From Myxococcaceae bacterium (lineage in GTDB: Bacteria; Myxococcota; Myxococcia; Myxococcales; Myxococcaceae), in assembly GCA_047602415.1 (NCBI GenBank), contig JASGHH010000001.1, forward strand, positions 3,671,166 through 3,735,165: a stretch of 64,000 bases of DNA. Direction: 5' to 3'. Both the position numbers and the translations under genes were made by a program. This document shows, piece after piece, positions 17,567 through 26,619 of this stretch. Position 1 is the first letter of the stretch; each line of letters starts with the position of its first letter. The notes under the pieces are model-generated. The model ran no database searches and was not told the DNA's origin. It saw only the letters and a list, made by a program, of their open reading frames with translations.

Positions 17567-19373
17567 GCCGCGGCTCCACCACCTCGGGCTGACGGTCTCC
17601 CATCAGATCGAAGCGCACCCGCGGCAACGATGCGCCCGACTGGGCATCGCTGCTGTGGGTGAACGGCAAGGTGATCGCCGACCAGTCGTCGAAGTCGCGG
17701 AGCACGCCCGACGCGTTGCTGCCGAGCGGGCAGGTGGGCGAGCCCGCGGCGGAGTCGATGTCGGCGCTCACCGGCGTGGCGTCGATCATCCCGTTCCAGT
17801 TGAAGTCGACGCCAGTGCTCCCGGTGCGGCCCAGGCCCTTGGTCTCGTCGAGCGCCGACTGATCGAGCGGCGCGCCGCTGCCGTCGGAGTAGTCGAGCCG
17901 GAAGGTGCCGGGCGCCGCCGCGGGGCCCTGGGTGAGCTGGAGCAGCCCGGTGACCGCGGGAGGATCGGACGAGCAGAGCCCGGTGTCGCCTCCGTAGAAC
18001 CAGTAGTAGCGATCGCCTTCGTTGGTGCCGATCACCGGCAGGCCGACCAGTTGGTAGAGGTAGTTCATCACCGACAGGTAGTTGGGCTTGTAGCCGACGT
18101 CGTCGGAGCCTCCGTGCCGCAGCCCGAAGTTGTGCCCGAGCTCGTGCATCAGCGTCGCCGACTGCACGTTGATCACCTGGTTGACCCGGTTCTGGGTGTC
18201 GTCGTGGTAGAGGCCGGTGCCGAGCGAGATCTCGATGTCGTTGCCGCCCTCCTCTGCCCGGCCGGTGGCGCCGCGATCGCCGCAGCTCACGTCGGCGATC
18301 GAGTTGCCGAACACCACGTAGTGAAAGCTCGGGCGCCGGCGCAGGTCGAAGTTGTTCGCCTTCAGCTCGTAGAACGACTGCGCACCCGGCACCGCCGACA
18401 TGGTGAGCGTGCACGCGAACGGCAGCTCGTTGCCGCCGCCGAGGTCGTAGCTGCCGAGCGGGAGCTCTCCGCCGTCGAGGTATGCGCGGGCGCCGACGTC
18501 GAAGTGCAGCGTGATGCCGTGACCGGCGAAGACCTTGCGAATCTGGTCGAGCGCTTCGACCCGCGGCGTGACGCCGGGGTCTCCGGGAGCCGGCCCGCCG
18601 TCGGTCGACATCCAGTCGATCTCCACGAACACATCGCGCTCACCGGTGCGCGCCCCGAGGTCGTAGAGCGGAATGCCGGCGAAGGTGCCACCGGAGCGCT
18701 CGGCGCTGTCGGGCAGACCGTCGAGATCCTGATCGGTCGGGTCGAAGGCGTCGTTGGCGCCCGCCGGAGTCGAGAACTCGCACACCGCCCAGTCGGCCGC
18801 CGAGTTGGTGTCGTCGCGATCGAGGTGACGCGCGAGCACCCGGCCGAAGTCGGTGGGCGCCGAGGGCAAAGGCGCTCCCGCTCCCGACCAGCCGTCGACC
18901 GGCGCACCGAACGAGACCGCGTCGACCAGCTCGCCGCTCGTCTTGTACAGCTGCACGAACGACGGCCCGCCATCGGCGGTGAAATAGAAGCTCGCGCCCG
19001 GCGTGCCGAGCAGCATCAGCTGCGGCGACTCGTAGAGATCGGCGAACGGCTTGCCCGACGCGACGATGAAGCCGCCGGGAGCGAGCGACCGCATCGGGAG
19101 CGTGAAGTCACTGCCCGCCGACTCGACGCCGCCATCGTCGAGCAACAGCCCGCTGCGGAGCTTGTAGCCGGAGAGGTCGATCGCCTGAGAGGTGCCGTTG
19201 AACAGCTCCACCCAGGCGGGCGTGCCCGGGGTGATCGCCGCCGAGGCCTCCGAGAGCACCAGGTGCGGAGGCGGTTGATGGCCTCCGTCGACGCCTCCGT
19301 CAGGCGTGCCTCCGTCGGTGGTTCCACCGCACCCCAAGACACTCAGCGCGAGCAGCGCGACCGTCAGGCGCAT
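17556..19373 (-). CDS. Lipoprotein: N-terminal lamin-tail (LTD) domain plus zinc metalloprotease (HELGHNFGLRH, metzincin/pappalysin-like)
   Basis: Lipobox VLGC. LTD signature VELFNGTSQAIDLSGYKL. HExxHxxGxxH zinc site. Confidence 0.8.
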   Translation of the reverse strand: MRLTVALLALSVLGCGGTTDGGTPDGGVDGGHQPPPHLVLSEASAAITPGTPAWVELFNGTSQAIDLSGYKLRSGLLLDDGGVESAGSDFTLPMRSLAPGGFIVASGKPFADLYESPQLMLLGTPGASFYFTADGGPSFVQLYKTSGELVDAVSFGAPVDGWSGAGAPLPSAPTDFGRVLARHLDRDDTNSAADWAVCEFSTPAGANDAFDPTDQDLDGLPDSAERSGGTFAGIPLYDLGARTGERDVFVEIDWMSTDGGPAPGDPGVTPRVEALDQIRKVFAGHGITLHFDVGARAYLDGGELPLGSYDLGGGNELPFACTLTMSAVPGAQSFYELKANNFDLRRRPSFHYVVFGNSIADVSCGDRGATGRAEEGGNDIEISLGTGLYHDDTQNRVNQVINVQSATLMHELGHNFGLRHGGSDDVGYKPNYLSVMNYLYQLVGLPVIGTNEGDRYYWFYGGDTGLCSSDPPAVTGLLQLTQGPAAAPGTFRLDYSDGSGAPLDQSALDETKGLGRTGSTGVDFNWNGMIDATPVSADIDSAAGSPTCPLGSNASGVLRDFDDWSAITLPFTHSSDAQSGASLPRVRFDLMGDRQPEVVEPRLNR

Positions 19374-19399
19374 CGGCTGACGATTTCACAGCCAGGGCT

Positions 19400-20540
19400 T
19401 CACTGCACGGTCAGCGTGGTGGGGAAACCCTTCGCCTGGAGGTCGGCGGTGTAGAGCGAGACTCCGTTGCCGATCGCGTCGTAGGCCTCGGCGTACGACA
19501 GCGTCCACACGCCGGTCTCGGCGAACTGGGGGAACGTCGCGGTGAACGAGTAGTTGCCGTTGAGCGCGGTGCCGCTGACGCGGTTCGAAGAATAGGCGTA
19601 CCCGCTCTGCGACTGATTCCCGCTCGGGCTGGTGAAGCTGACGTAGAGGTTCGACACGCCCGCGATGTTGTCGGTGGCAGTGGCGGTCAAGGCGACGTTG
19701 GCGCTGCCGCTGCTGGTGCTGATCGTCGTCGGCGAGAACGAGAGCGCGGTGATCACCGGCGGCAAAGTGTCGGAGGCGCTGGTGACCGAGAGCGTGGTGG
19801 GGAAGCCCATCGCCTGCAGGTCGGCGGTGTAGAGCGAGATGCCGTTGCCGATCGCGTCGTAGGCCTCGGCGTACGACAGCGTCCAGGTGCCGGCCTCGCA
19901 GTACTGGGGGAAGGTCGCCGAGAACGCGTAGGTGCCGTTGAGCGCGGTGCCGCTGGTGCGGTTCGAGGCGTACGCGTAGCCGCTCTGCGACTGGTTGCCG
20001 CTCGGGCTGCTGAAGCTGACGTAGAGGTTCGACACGCCCGAGAGGTCGTCGGTCACGGTGGCGGTGAAGTTGACCATCGCGCTGCCGTTGGTGGCGTTGA
20101 TCGCGCCGGGAGAATACGAGAGCGCGGTGATCGCCGGCGGGTTCACGTCGGCCGCGCTGGTGACGCTCAAGGTGGTGGCGATGCCGCGCGCCTGCAGGTC
20201 GGCGGTGTAGAGCGAGATGCCGTTGCCGATCGCGTCGTAGGCCTCGGCGTACGACAGCGTCCACACGCCCGCTTCGGCGAACTTGGGGAAGGTCGCGGTG
20301 AACGAGTAGGTGCCGTTGAGCGCGGTGCCGCTGATGCGGTTCGAGGCGTAGGCGTAGCCGCTCTGCGACTGGTTGCCGCTCGGGCTGCTGAAGCTGACGT
20401 AGAGGTTCGACACGCCCGAGAGGTCGTCGGTCACCGTGGCGGTGAAGCTGACGGTCGCGCTCCCGTTGGTGCAGTCGATGCTGCTCGGGCTGAAGCTGAG
20501 CGCGGTGATCACCGGAGGCGTGATGTCGCTCGCGCCGCCA
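19400..20540 (-). repeat. Three tandem roughly 378-bp coding repeats
   Basis: Visible long repeated blocks, e.g. gcgtcgtaggcctcggcgtacgacagcgtcca... at about 19480, 19860 and 20240. Confidence 0.7.
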
Positions 20541-21043
20541 CCGCCGCCGCCCACTGCCGAGCCGCCACCGACCGCGGATCCACCGCCGGCCGCCGAGCCA
20601 CCGCCGACCGCCGAGCCGCCGCCGACTGCCGAGCCGCCCCCGACTGCCGAGCCACCGCCCGTCGCCGAGCCACCGCCTGACGCGAAGCCACCGCCCGTCG
20701 CCGAGCCGCCGCCCGTCGCGGAGCCCCCGCCCGACGCGAAGCCGCCACCGGTGGCCGAGCCGCCTCCCGTGCCCGAGCCGCCGCCGGTGCCGGAGCCTCC
20801 GCCCACCGGATTCGGGTAGCGGCAGAGTCCCGCGGTGCACTGCTGGCCACCGAGGCACACGCTGCAGACAGCGCCCGCCGAGCCGCAGGCGCTGAAAGTG
20901 ACGCCAATCTCACAGGTTCCACCCGAGCTGCAGCAGCCGGGGCAGTTCGACGGCCCGCAGGCGGGCGGCGGCTTGGCGCCGCACGCGAGGACAAAAGACG
21001 ACAGAAACAAGGCCAGGACGAGGCGGATCATGAGCACCGGCAT
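19400..21043 (-). CDS. Lipoprotein with Cys-rich N-module, GGGSAT/GGGSAV linker and three tandem roughly 126-aa repeat domains
   Basis: Lipobox FVLAC. Three about 80%-identical units PPVITALSFSP...TLSVTS. Confidence 0.7.
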   Translation of the reverse strand: MPVLMIRLVLALFLSSFVLACGAKPPPACGPSNCPGCCSSGGTCEIGVTFSACGSAGAVCSVCLGGQQCTAGLCRYPNPVGGGSGTGGGSGTGGGSATGGGFASGGGSATGGGSATGGGFASGGGSATGGGSAVGGGSAVGGGSAVGGGSAAGGGSAVGGGSAVGGGGGGASDITPPVITALSFSPSSIDCTNGSATVSFTATVTDDLSGVSNLYVSFSSPSGNQSQSGYAYASNRISGTALNGTYSFTATFPKFAEAGVWTLSYAEAYDAIGNGISLYTADLQARGIATTLSVTSAADVNPPAITALSYSPGAINATNGSAMVNFTATVTDDLSGVSNLYVSFSSPSGNQSQSGYAYASNRTSGTALNGTYAFSATFPQYCEAGTWTLSYAEAYDAIGNGISLYTADLQAMGFPTTLSVTSASDTLPPVITALSFSPTTISTSSGSANVALTATATDNIAGVSNLYVSFTSPSGNQSQSGYAYSSNRVSGTALNGNYSFTATFPQFAETGVWTLSYAEAYDAIGNGVSLYTADLQAKGFPTTLTVQ

Positions 21044-21074
21044 GACACCCGGCACCCCCGCGATGCGCAAAAGC

Positions 21075-22460
21075 CTAAAGCAGGCCGGTGAGCGGCCCGG
21101 TGCAGTGGGCCGGGTCACCGAAGGTCGTCGACGCCACGCCCATCGCGTTGAGCACCGAGACCCAGAGGTTGTTGTGCGGCACGTCGCCGGGGAACGAGAG
21201 GTAGCGGTTGGTGGTCCACGAACCGCCGAAGCCTCCGCAGAGCAGAAACGGCGCGTCGTAGTGGCTGTGGGTGTTGCCGCGGGCGATCTCGGAGCACCAG
21301 ATCACCACCGTGTTGTCGAGCAGCGTGCCCGAGCCCTCCGGCACCGCCGCGAGCTTGCCGAGCAGGTAGGCGAGCTGCTGCATGTACCACTTGCGAATCA
21401 CGTCGAGCTTGCCCCACGCCACCGTGTCGTCGTCGGGCTGGTGGCCGAGCAGGTGCTCGTCGCCGATGATCGGCTGCGGCCCCGCGCCCGAGCCGTCGTC
21501 GTAGTTCAAGAACGGGTACGGCCGGTTGTTGGTCGAGGCGCTCCACTGCAGCGTCACCACCCGGGTGAGGTCGCAGGCGAGCGCCATCGACACCAGGTCC
21601 ATCTGCAGGGTGCCGAGCGCGCCGTAGTTCGCGGGGTCATCGAGCGCGATCGGCGAAGGCAACGTCGGCTGCATGCACGCGCCGCCGATGGTGCCGGTCG
21701 GGTTGTCGAGGCGGGACTCGACGTCGCGCACCGAGGCGAGGTGCTGCTCGAGCTTCTGGCGATCGGCGGCGCTGACCTTCGACTCGACCTTGGCGAAGCG
21801 GTCCTTCACGAAGTCGATCACCGAGTGGCGGCGCAGGCGCGCACGCTCGAGCCCGAACGGGTCGGCGCCCAGCTGAGAGAAGACGGTGTTGTAGAGCGAC
21901 CAGGGGTTGTTCTCGTTGGCGATCGGCTGATCGCTGCCGGCGTACGAGAGCACCGTGCGCACCTCGGTCCCGCCGTACTGGGTGCTCTGCACTCCGACGT
22001 TGAGGGTCTTGAAGCGGTTGTCGGCGCCGACCGCTCCGCCCAGCACCTGGTCGAGGCTGACGTTCGACGCCCAACCCGAGAGCGAGCCGTCGCCGCCGAC
22101 CTGGGTGCCGCTGTTGAGCTGCTGGCCGGTGAGCAGCGCCATGCCGCGCTGGTGCGGCTCGCCGGGGCCGATGTCGTTGGCGAGCAGATCGAGGCCCGAC
22201 AGCACCACCATCTTGTCCGCGAACGGCGCCAGCGGCTCCAGGTGCGAGCCGGTGAAGTCCATCGCCGGCGGGAGCACCAGGTTGCCGTTCGGCGTGTAGA
22301 AGAAGATGACCCGCTTGGGGAACGAGAGCCCCTCGACCGACTTGGAGACCTGCTGCGGCGTGAGCGCGCTGCGGGTGCAACCCAGGCTGCTGAGCAACGG
22401 CAGCGACAGCGCGCCTCCACCCAACCCACGCAACATCACCCGGCGAGTGAGCTTCGTCAC
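21075..22460 (-). CDS. DUF1552 family protein with twin-arginine-like signal (RRVMLRGLGGGALSLPL)
   Basis: GTG start overlapping the upstream stop (GTGA). The N-terminal extension to 23294 in the six-frame track is alternate-frame junk. Confidence 0.7.
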   Translation of the reverse strand: MTKLTRRVMLRGLGGGALSLPLLSSLGCTRSALTPQQVSKSVEGLSFPKRVIFFYTPNGNLVLPPAMDFTGSHLEPLAPFADKMVVLSGLDLLANDIGPGEPHQRGMALLTGQQLNSGTQVGGDGSLSGWASNVSLDQVLGGAVGADNRFKTLNVGVQSTQYGGTEVRTVLSYAGSDQPIANENNPWSLYNTVFSQLGADPFGLERARLRRHSVIDFVKDRFAKVESKVSAADRQKLEQHLASVRDVESRLDNPTGTIGGACMQPTLPSPIALDDPANYGALGTLQMDLVSMALACDLTRVVTLQWSASTNNRPYPFLNYDDGSGAGPQPIIGDEHLLGHQPDDDTVAWGKLDVIRKWYMQQLAYLLGKLAAVPEGSGTLLDNTVVIWCSEIARGNTHSHYDAPFLLCGGFGGSWTTNRYLSFPGDVPHNNLWVSVLNAMGVASTTFGDPAHCTGPLTGLL

Positions 22461-24136
22461 GGCGCACCCGCCTTGTAGAGAAACGCGTCGGAGCCGCTGA
22501 GCGAGAGCAACAGCGACTTCACGCCGTGGCCGTCGGCTTCGAAGGACTTCTCGAGGCGCTCCAGCGAGCACGCGTCGGCCGGTTGCTCGCCGCGGCCGTA
22601 GCCGTAGCGGAACCACTGCTTCACGTAGCAGTTCTTCGCCGCGGTGCTCTGGAGCAGCTTCTGCGCGAGCCCGGCGGCGCCCTGAAAGTCGCCCGCCACG
22701 TCGGCGCCGATCAGCGAGCCCGAGGCGTCGATGGTCTGGTTGTTCTCGGTGGTGCGGAAGCGGCCGATGCCGTCGAAGTTCTCGAAGCCGAAGCCCACGC
22801 CGTCCATCAAGGTGTGGCAGCCAGAGCACTGAGGGTTGTTGGAGTGCTCGGCGAAGCGCTGCCGCGCGGTGGTGTTGGAGTCGGGCGCGGGCACTTGAAT
22901 CACCACTCCCGCGGGCGGAGGCGGCAGCGGCTGGCAGAGGTACTGCTCGCGAATCAGCTTGCCGCGGTGCACCGGCGAGGTCTGGTCGGAGTGGGCGTTG
23001 ATGGTCATCATCGTGCCCTGGGTGAGCAGCCCGGCGTGCTGCGCGTCGAGCGCGGTCTTGGCGAAGCCGGCGTTGTTCATGCCGCCGCTCGCGCCGTAGA
23101 AGCTGGCCAGCTGCGGGTTGAGGTACGAGTACTGCGCGCCGAGCAGCGCATCCCAGGTGCCTTCGCCGTCGAACACCACGTGCTCGACGAACTGCGAGGT
23201 CTCCTGGAACATCGCGACGCCGATGTCGTTCGACCAGTCGGGGTAGATCGACGCCGCCTTGCCGACCTTGCTGATGCGATCGAAGTCGAGCCACTGCTGG
23301 TGAAACTGCACCACCAGCTGCCGGGCGCGCGGGTCTTCGATCATGCGCTGCGCCTGGGTCAGCACCTGCGCCGGCGTGTCGAGCTGGCCGCTGCCCGCGG
23401 CGGTGAGGAGCGCGTCGTCGGGCGTCGAGCCCCAGAGCAGATACGAGAGCCGCGACGCCATCTCGTAGCCGGTGACCGGCTGGGTGCTCCCGGTCGTTGC
23501 GTCTTCGAGCCGGTAGAGAAAGTCGGGCGACTGGAGCACCGCTTCGATCACCAGCTGCACGCCGGAGTCGAAGGCGCTCAGCTCGCCACCGTCGGCGTCG
23601 AGGCCGCCGATCATCTTCCCCGAGTCGTAGAGATCGGTCAGCGCCTGGTGCTCGTCGGCGGTGAGCGCACGCCGCCAGGCGCGCGAGGTGAACGCGTCGA
23701 TGAACGCCGCCGCGCAGGTGTCGTCGTAGGTTCCGTTGCAGCTGACCCAGGCGATCGCGGCGAGGTTCTGGGTGGCGCGCGAGGCGACGCCCTCGGAGGC
23801 GCTGATCAGCTTCTGCACCATCGCCGACGAGGTGGTGAGCGCGCCGGAGTTGTTGTTGAAGCCGAGCACTTCTTCTTCGGCGTCGAAGGCGGCCGCGGGC
23901 TGGGTCTGATCGCCGAGCAGATCGCGCAGCGTGTTGTCGTACTCCCAGCGGGTCATGCGGCGCGCGACGGTGGGAGCGACGCTCGGCGTACCGGTACAGG
24001 CGCTCACCACCGGCGGTGGAGAAGGCGGCATCTGCACCGGCGCCGGGTGCGGCGTCGCCGGCTTCGGCACCGCGATCTGCCCGACGCAGGCGGAGCTCAG
24101 CAGCGCGAGAATGAGGAGCGGGCGGGAAACCGGCAT
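22457..24136 (-). CDS. DUF1592/DUF1588-family lipoprotein with CxxCH heme-binding motif (partner of DUF1552)
   Basis: Starts at MPVSRPLLILALLSSAC (lipobox). CSGCH motif. Long N-terminal extension to 25630 rejected. Confidence 0.7.
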   Translation of the reverse strand: MPVSRPLLILALLSSACVGQIAVPKPATPHPAPVQMPPSPPPVVSACTGTPSVAPTVARRMTRWEYDNTLRDLLGDQTQPAAAFDAEEEVLGFNNNSGALTTSSAMVQKLISASEGVASRATQNLAAIAWVSCNGTYDDTCAAAFIDAFTSRAWRRALTADEHQALTDLYDSGKMIGGLDADGGELSAFDSGVQLVIEAVLQSPDFLYRLEDATTGSTQPVTGYEMASRLSYLLWGSTPDDALLTAAGSGQLDTPAQVLTQAQRMIEDPRARQLVVQFHQQWLDFDRISKVGKAASIYPDWSNDIGVAMFQETSQFVEHVVFDGEGTWDALLGAQYSYLNPQLASFYGASGGMNNAGFAKTALDAQHAGLLTQGTMMTINAHSDQTSPVHRGKLIREQYLCQPLPPPPAGVVIQVPAPDSNTTARQRFAEHSNNPQCSGCHTLMDGVGFGFENFDGIGRFRTTENNQTIDASGSLIGADVAGDFQGAAGLAQKLLQSTAAKNCYVKQWFRYGYGRGEQPADACSLERLEKSFEADGHGVKSLLLSLSGSDAFLYKAGAP

Positions 24137-24301
24137 TACACCCGGAGTTCTGCGGGTTTCGTGCCGTTCCGAGGGTGGGCTCTTTGCCCCATAAACAGCT
24201 GAAATTCTGTACCTCGAACCGCGCTGTGCACTCGATGCGCAGTTTTCAGATGGTGCGGGGACACTCCAATTGGTTCGCGGTGTTCTATCGTCGGCCGCCA
24301 G

Positions 24302-25846
24302 ATGGACGAGGGCGATGAGCTCGGGCGTACGCAGCACCAGCTGTCGCCTCCCAGACGGCGGGTGAGCACGGGCGGGCGTGACGCGCTGATCGGCCAGAAG
24401 CTCGGCGAGTACACCGTGCTCGAGCGCATCGGCGGCGGGGCGATGGGCACCATCTACCGCGGCGAGCAGCAACTGCTCGGCCGGACGGTGGCGATCAAGC
24501 TGGTGTCGGCGGCGTACGCCAACGATCAGACGTTCATCGATCGCTTTCTGGCCGAAGCGCGCGCGGCGGCGAGCGTGCGGCACCCGAACATCATCGACGT
24601 GTTCAGCCTCGGCCTGACCCCCGGTGGGCACCCGTACCTGGTGATGGAGCTGCTCGAGGGCGACACGCTGGAAGAGTACCTGCGGTACGAGGGCGGCAAG
24701 CTCGAGCCGCGCGACGCGGTGGAGCTGTTGTCGCAGACCACCGCCGCGCTCGCCGCCGCTCACCGTGCCGGCGTGATTCACCGCGACCTCAAGCCCTCCA
24801 ACATCTTCGTGGTGCGGCTGGAAGACGAGAGCCGCTTCATCAAGCTGCTCGACTTCGGGATCGCCAAGCGCACCGCTCCGGGCCAGGGCGCGCGGGCGAC
24901 CGCGGCGATGGTGGGCACGCCGATCTACATGGCGCCCGAGGCGGCCGACGGCGGCGTGGTCGGGCCGTACACCGACCTCTATTCGCTCGGGTGTCTGGCC
25001 TACGAGCTGGTGACCGGGAAGGTGCCGTTCGAGCGGCCGTCGTTGATGGCGGTGATCGACGCGCACCACACCTACGTGCCTCCTGCACCGGAGGGACCGG
25101 GCGTGCCACCGGGGCTGAGCGCGCTGATCCTCGAGCTGTTGGAGAAAGACCCGGCGCAGCGGCCGGCGTCGATCGCGGTGATGAAGAAGCTGCAGCAGCT
25201 GGCGCTCGAGCTCGACAACGATCAGAGGACCTCGCCCGCGCTCCACAACCGCGCCACCCGTTCGACCCGCCTTCGCCCCGCGCCGACCGACATCTCGGCG
25301 CCCGCGTTCGCCGAGCCGGCGGTGATTCACGCTCGCCCGACTTCGATCGACGCGGCGCCGACGCGACTGAAGACCCCTGCCCTGAAGCGATCGCGCGCGG
25401 CGATCGGGTTGGGGCTGCTCGGCGCCGTTGCCGTGGTGGGCGCGGTGGCGTTCGCGCTCTGGCCGCAGAGCACCCCGCTGGCGCCGGTGCCTGCCGCGAC
25501 GCCGATTCGGCCGGCTGTGGCGGCGACGCCTCCGCCCGAGCCCGAAGTCGTGAAGCCCTCGCCGCCGCCTCCGTCTCCGCAGGAGCCCGCGCCGAAGACC
25601 CGGGCGACCGCGCCGGCGAAGGCGACGCATGCGGCGCAGCCGGTGAAGGAAGAGACGATCTTCGCGCGCGAGAAGAGAGTTCAGGCGTTGAAGCAGCGGG
25701 CGTCGCAGCTCGACACCGCGAAGATGCGCGCCGCGGCGATTCAGCTCGACGAGCTGCTCGGAGATCTCGGTCGTGCCGACATCGACCAGACGATCGACGG
25801 CTGGGAAAAGAAGATCGCAGCAGCCGAAGCGGAGGCGCGCCCGTGA
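24302..25846 (+). CDS. Hanks-type serine/threonine protein kinase with TM segment and Pro-rich C-terminal region
   Basis: GxGxxG, VAIK, HRDLKPSN, DFG, APE motifs all present. Confidence 0.9.
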   Translation: MDEGDELGRTQHQLSPPRRRVSTGGRDALIGQKLGEYTVLERIGGGAMGTIYRGEQQLLGRTVAIKLVSAAYANDQTFIDRFLAEARAAASVRHPNIIDVFSLGLTPGGHPYLVMELLEGDTLEEYLRYEGGKLEPRDAVELLSQTTAALAAAHRAGVIHRDLKPSNIFVVRLEDESRFIKLLDFGIAKRTAPGQGARATAAMVGTPIYMAPEAADGGVVGPYTDLYSLGCLAYELVTGKVPFERPSLMAVIDAHHTYVPPAPEGPGVPPGLSALILELLEKDPAQRPASIAVMKKLQQLALELDNDQRTSPALHNRATRSTRLRPAPTDISAPAFAEPAVIHARPTSIDAAPTRLKTPALKRSRAAIGLGLLGAVAVVGAVAFALWPQSTPLAPVPAATPIRPAVAATPPPEPEVVKPSPPPPSPQEPAPKTRATAPAKATHAAQPVKEETIFAREKRVQALKQRASQLDTAKMRAAAIQLDELLGDLGRADIDQTIDGWEKKIAAAEAEARP

Positions 25847-26619
25847 CGCTCGCCGTGGCGCTCGCGCTCACCCTGGCGGCGGCTCCGAAGGTGATGATCG
25901 CTGACGGCGATCACGAAGGAGTCGCGCCCAATCGGGTGAGCGAGCTTTCGAGCGACGTACGCGCGCGCTGCGCGACTGCGCGTCTGGAGGTGGTGGGCGC
26001 CGACGCCGCGTGCGAGAGCCCGGGCAAGTGCGTGCCCAAGGCAGAGAAGGCGGGCGCCGACGCTTTCATCGTCGTCTCGCTCTTCGCCGGGCCGAAGGGA
26101 GTGACGGTCGATCTCGACGCGCGCAAGGCCGACGGCTCGAAGCTCGAGGTCTTCACGGTGAACCTGCCGCCTTCGGCGCACGCGCTGCCCGACGAAGCGG
26201 CGGCGTTCTTCGGCCGAATCGCGAAGCGCCTCACGCCGGAGGAAGCGCCGAAGGTGGTGTCGCTGCTGCCACCGCCACGCGAGACGGTGCCGGTGGTGGA
26301 GACGCCCGCCTCACCGTCGGTGCGTTCGCGCGCGTGGATTCCACTGGTGCCCGCGGCGGTGTTCGCGGTGACCGGAGCGGCGCTGCTGATCAACGCGGCG
26401 GTGATCGACGGGCAGATTCGCGGAGGCGCGGCGACGTTCACCGATGACCCGTCGCAGACGCGTTCGCGGCTCGACTCGGCGGTGAGCGCGGGGAAGTTGT
26501 CGCAAGGGCTGGGCTACGCCGGGTTGGGGCTGGCGGTGGGCTGCCTCGCGGTGAGCGTGGTGATGTATCTGCTCGGCGCCCCGGTCGAGCCCGAAGCCGT
26601 CGCGGTGAGGTGGCCTTGA
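25843..26619 (+). CDS. Hypothetical secreted/membrane protein translationally coupled to the kinase
   Basis: GTG start overlaps the kinase TGA. N-terminal signal-like VTLAVALALTLAAAP and C-terminal TM. Confidence 0.5.
   Translation: MTLAVALALTLAAAPKVMIADGDHEGVAPNRVSELSSDVRARCATARLEVVGADAACESPGKCVPKAEKAGADAFIVVSLFAGPKGVTVDLDARKADGSKLEVFTVNLPPSAHALPDEAAAFFGRIAKRLTPEEAPKVVSLLPPPRETVPVVETPASPSVRSRAWIPLVPAAVFAVTGAALLINAAVIDGQIRGGAATFTDDPSQTRSRLDSAVSAGKLSQGLGYAGLGLAVGCLAVSVVMYLLGAPVEPEAVAVRWP

Noticed and set aside
20835-22478. 547-aa plus-strand ORF antisense to the DUF1552 gene
   Set aside because: Arg/Val/Glu-rich and lacks motifs. The minus-strand DUF1552 frame has the Tat signal and conserved-looking sequence.
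22457-25630. Single 1057-aa and 739-aa minus-strand giant ORFs as listed in the six-frame track
   Set aside because: N-terminal thirds are Arg-rich junk overlapping the kinase gene on the other strand. Real starts are at 24136 (lipobox) and 22460 (GTG).
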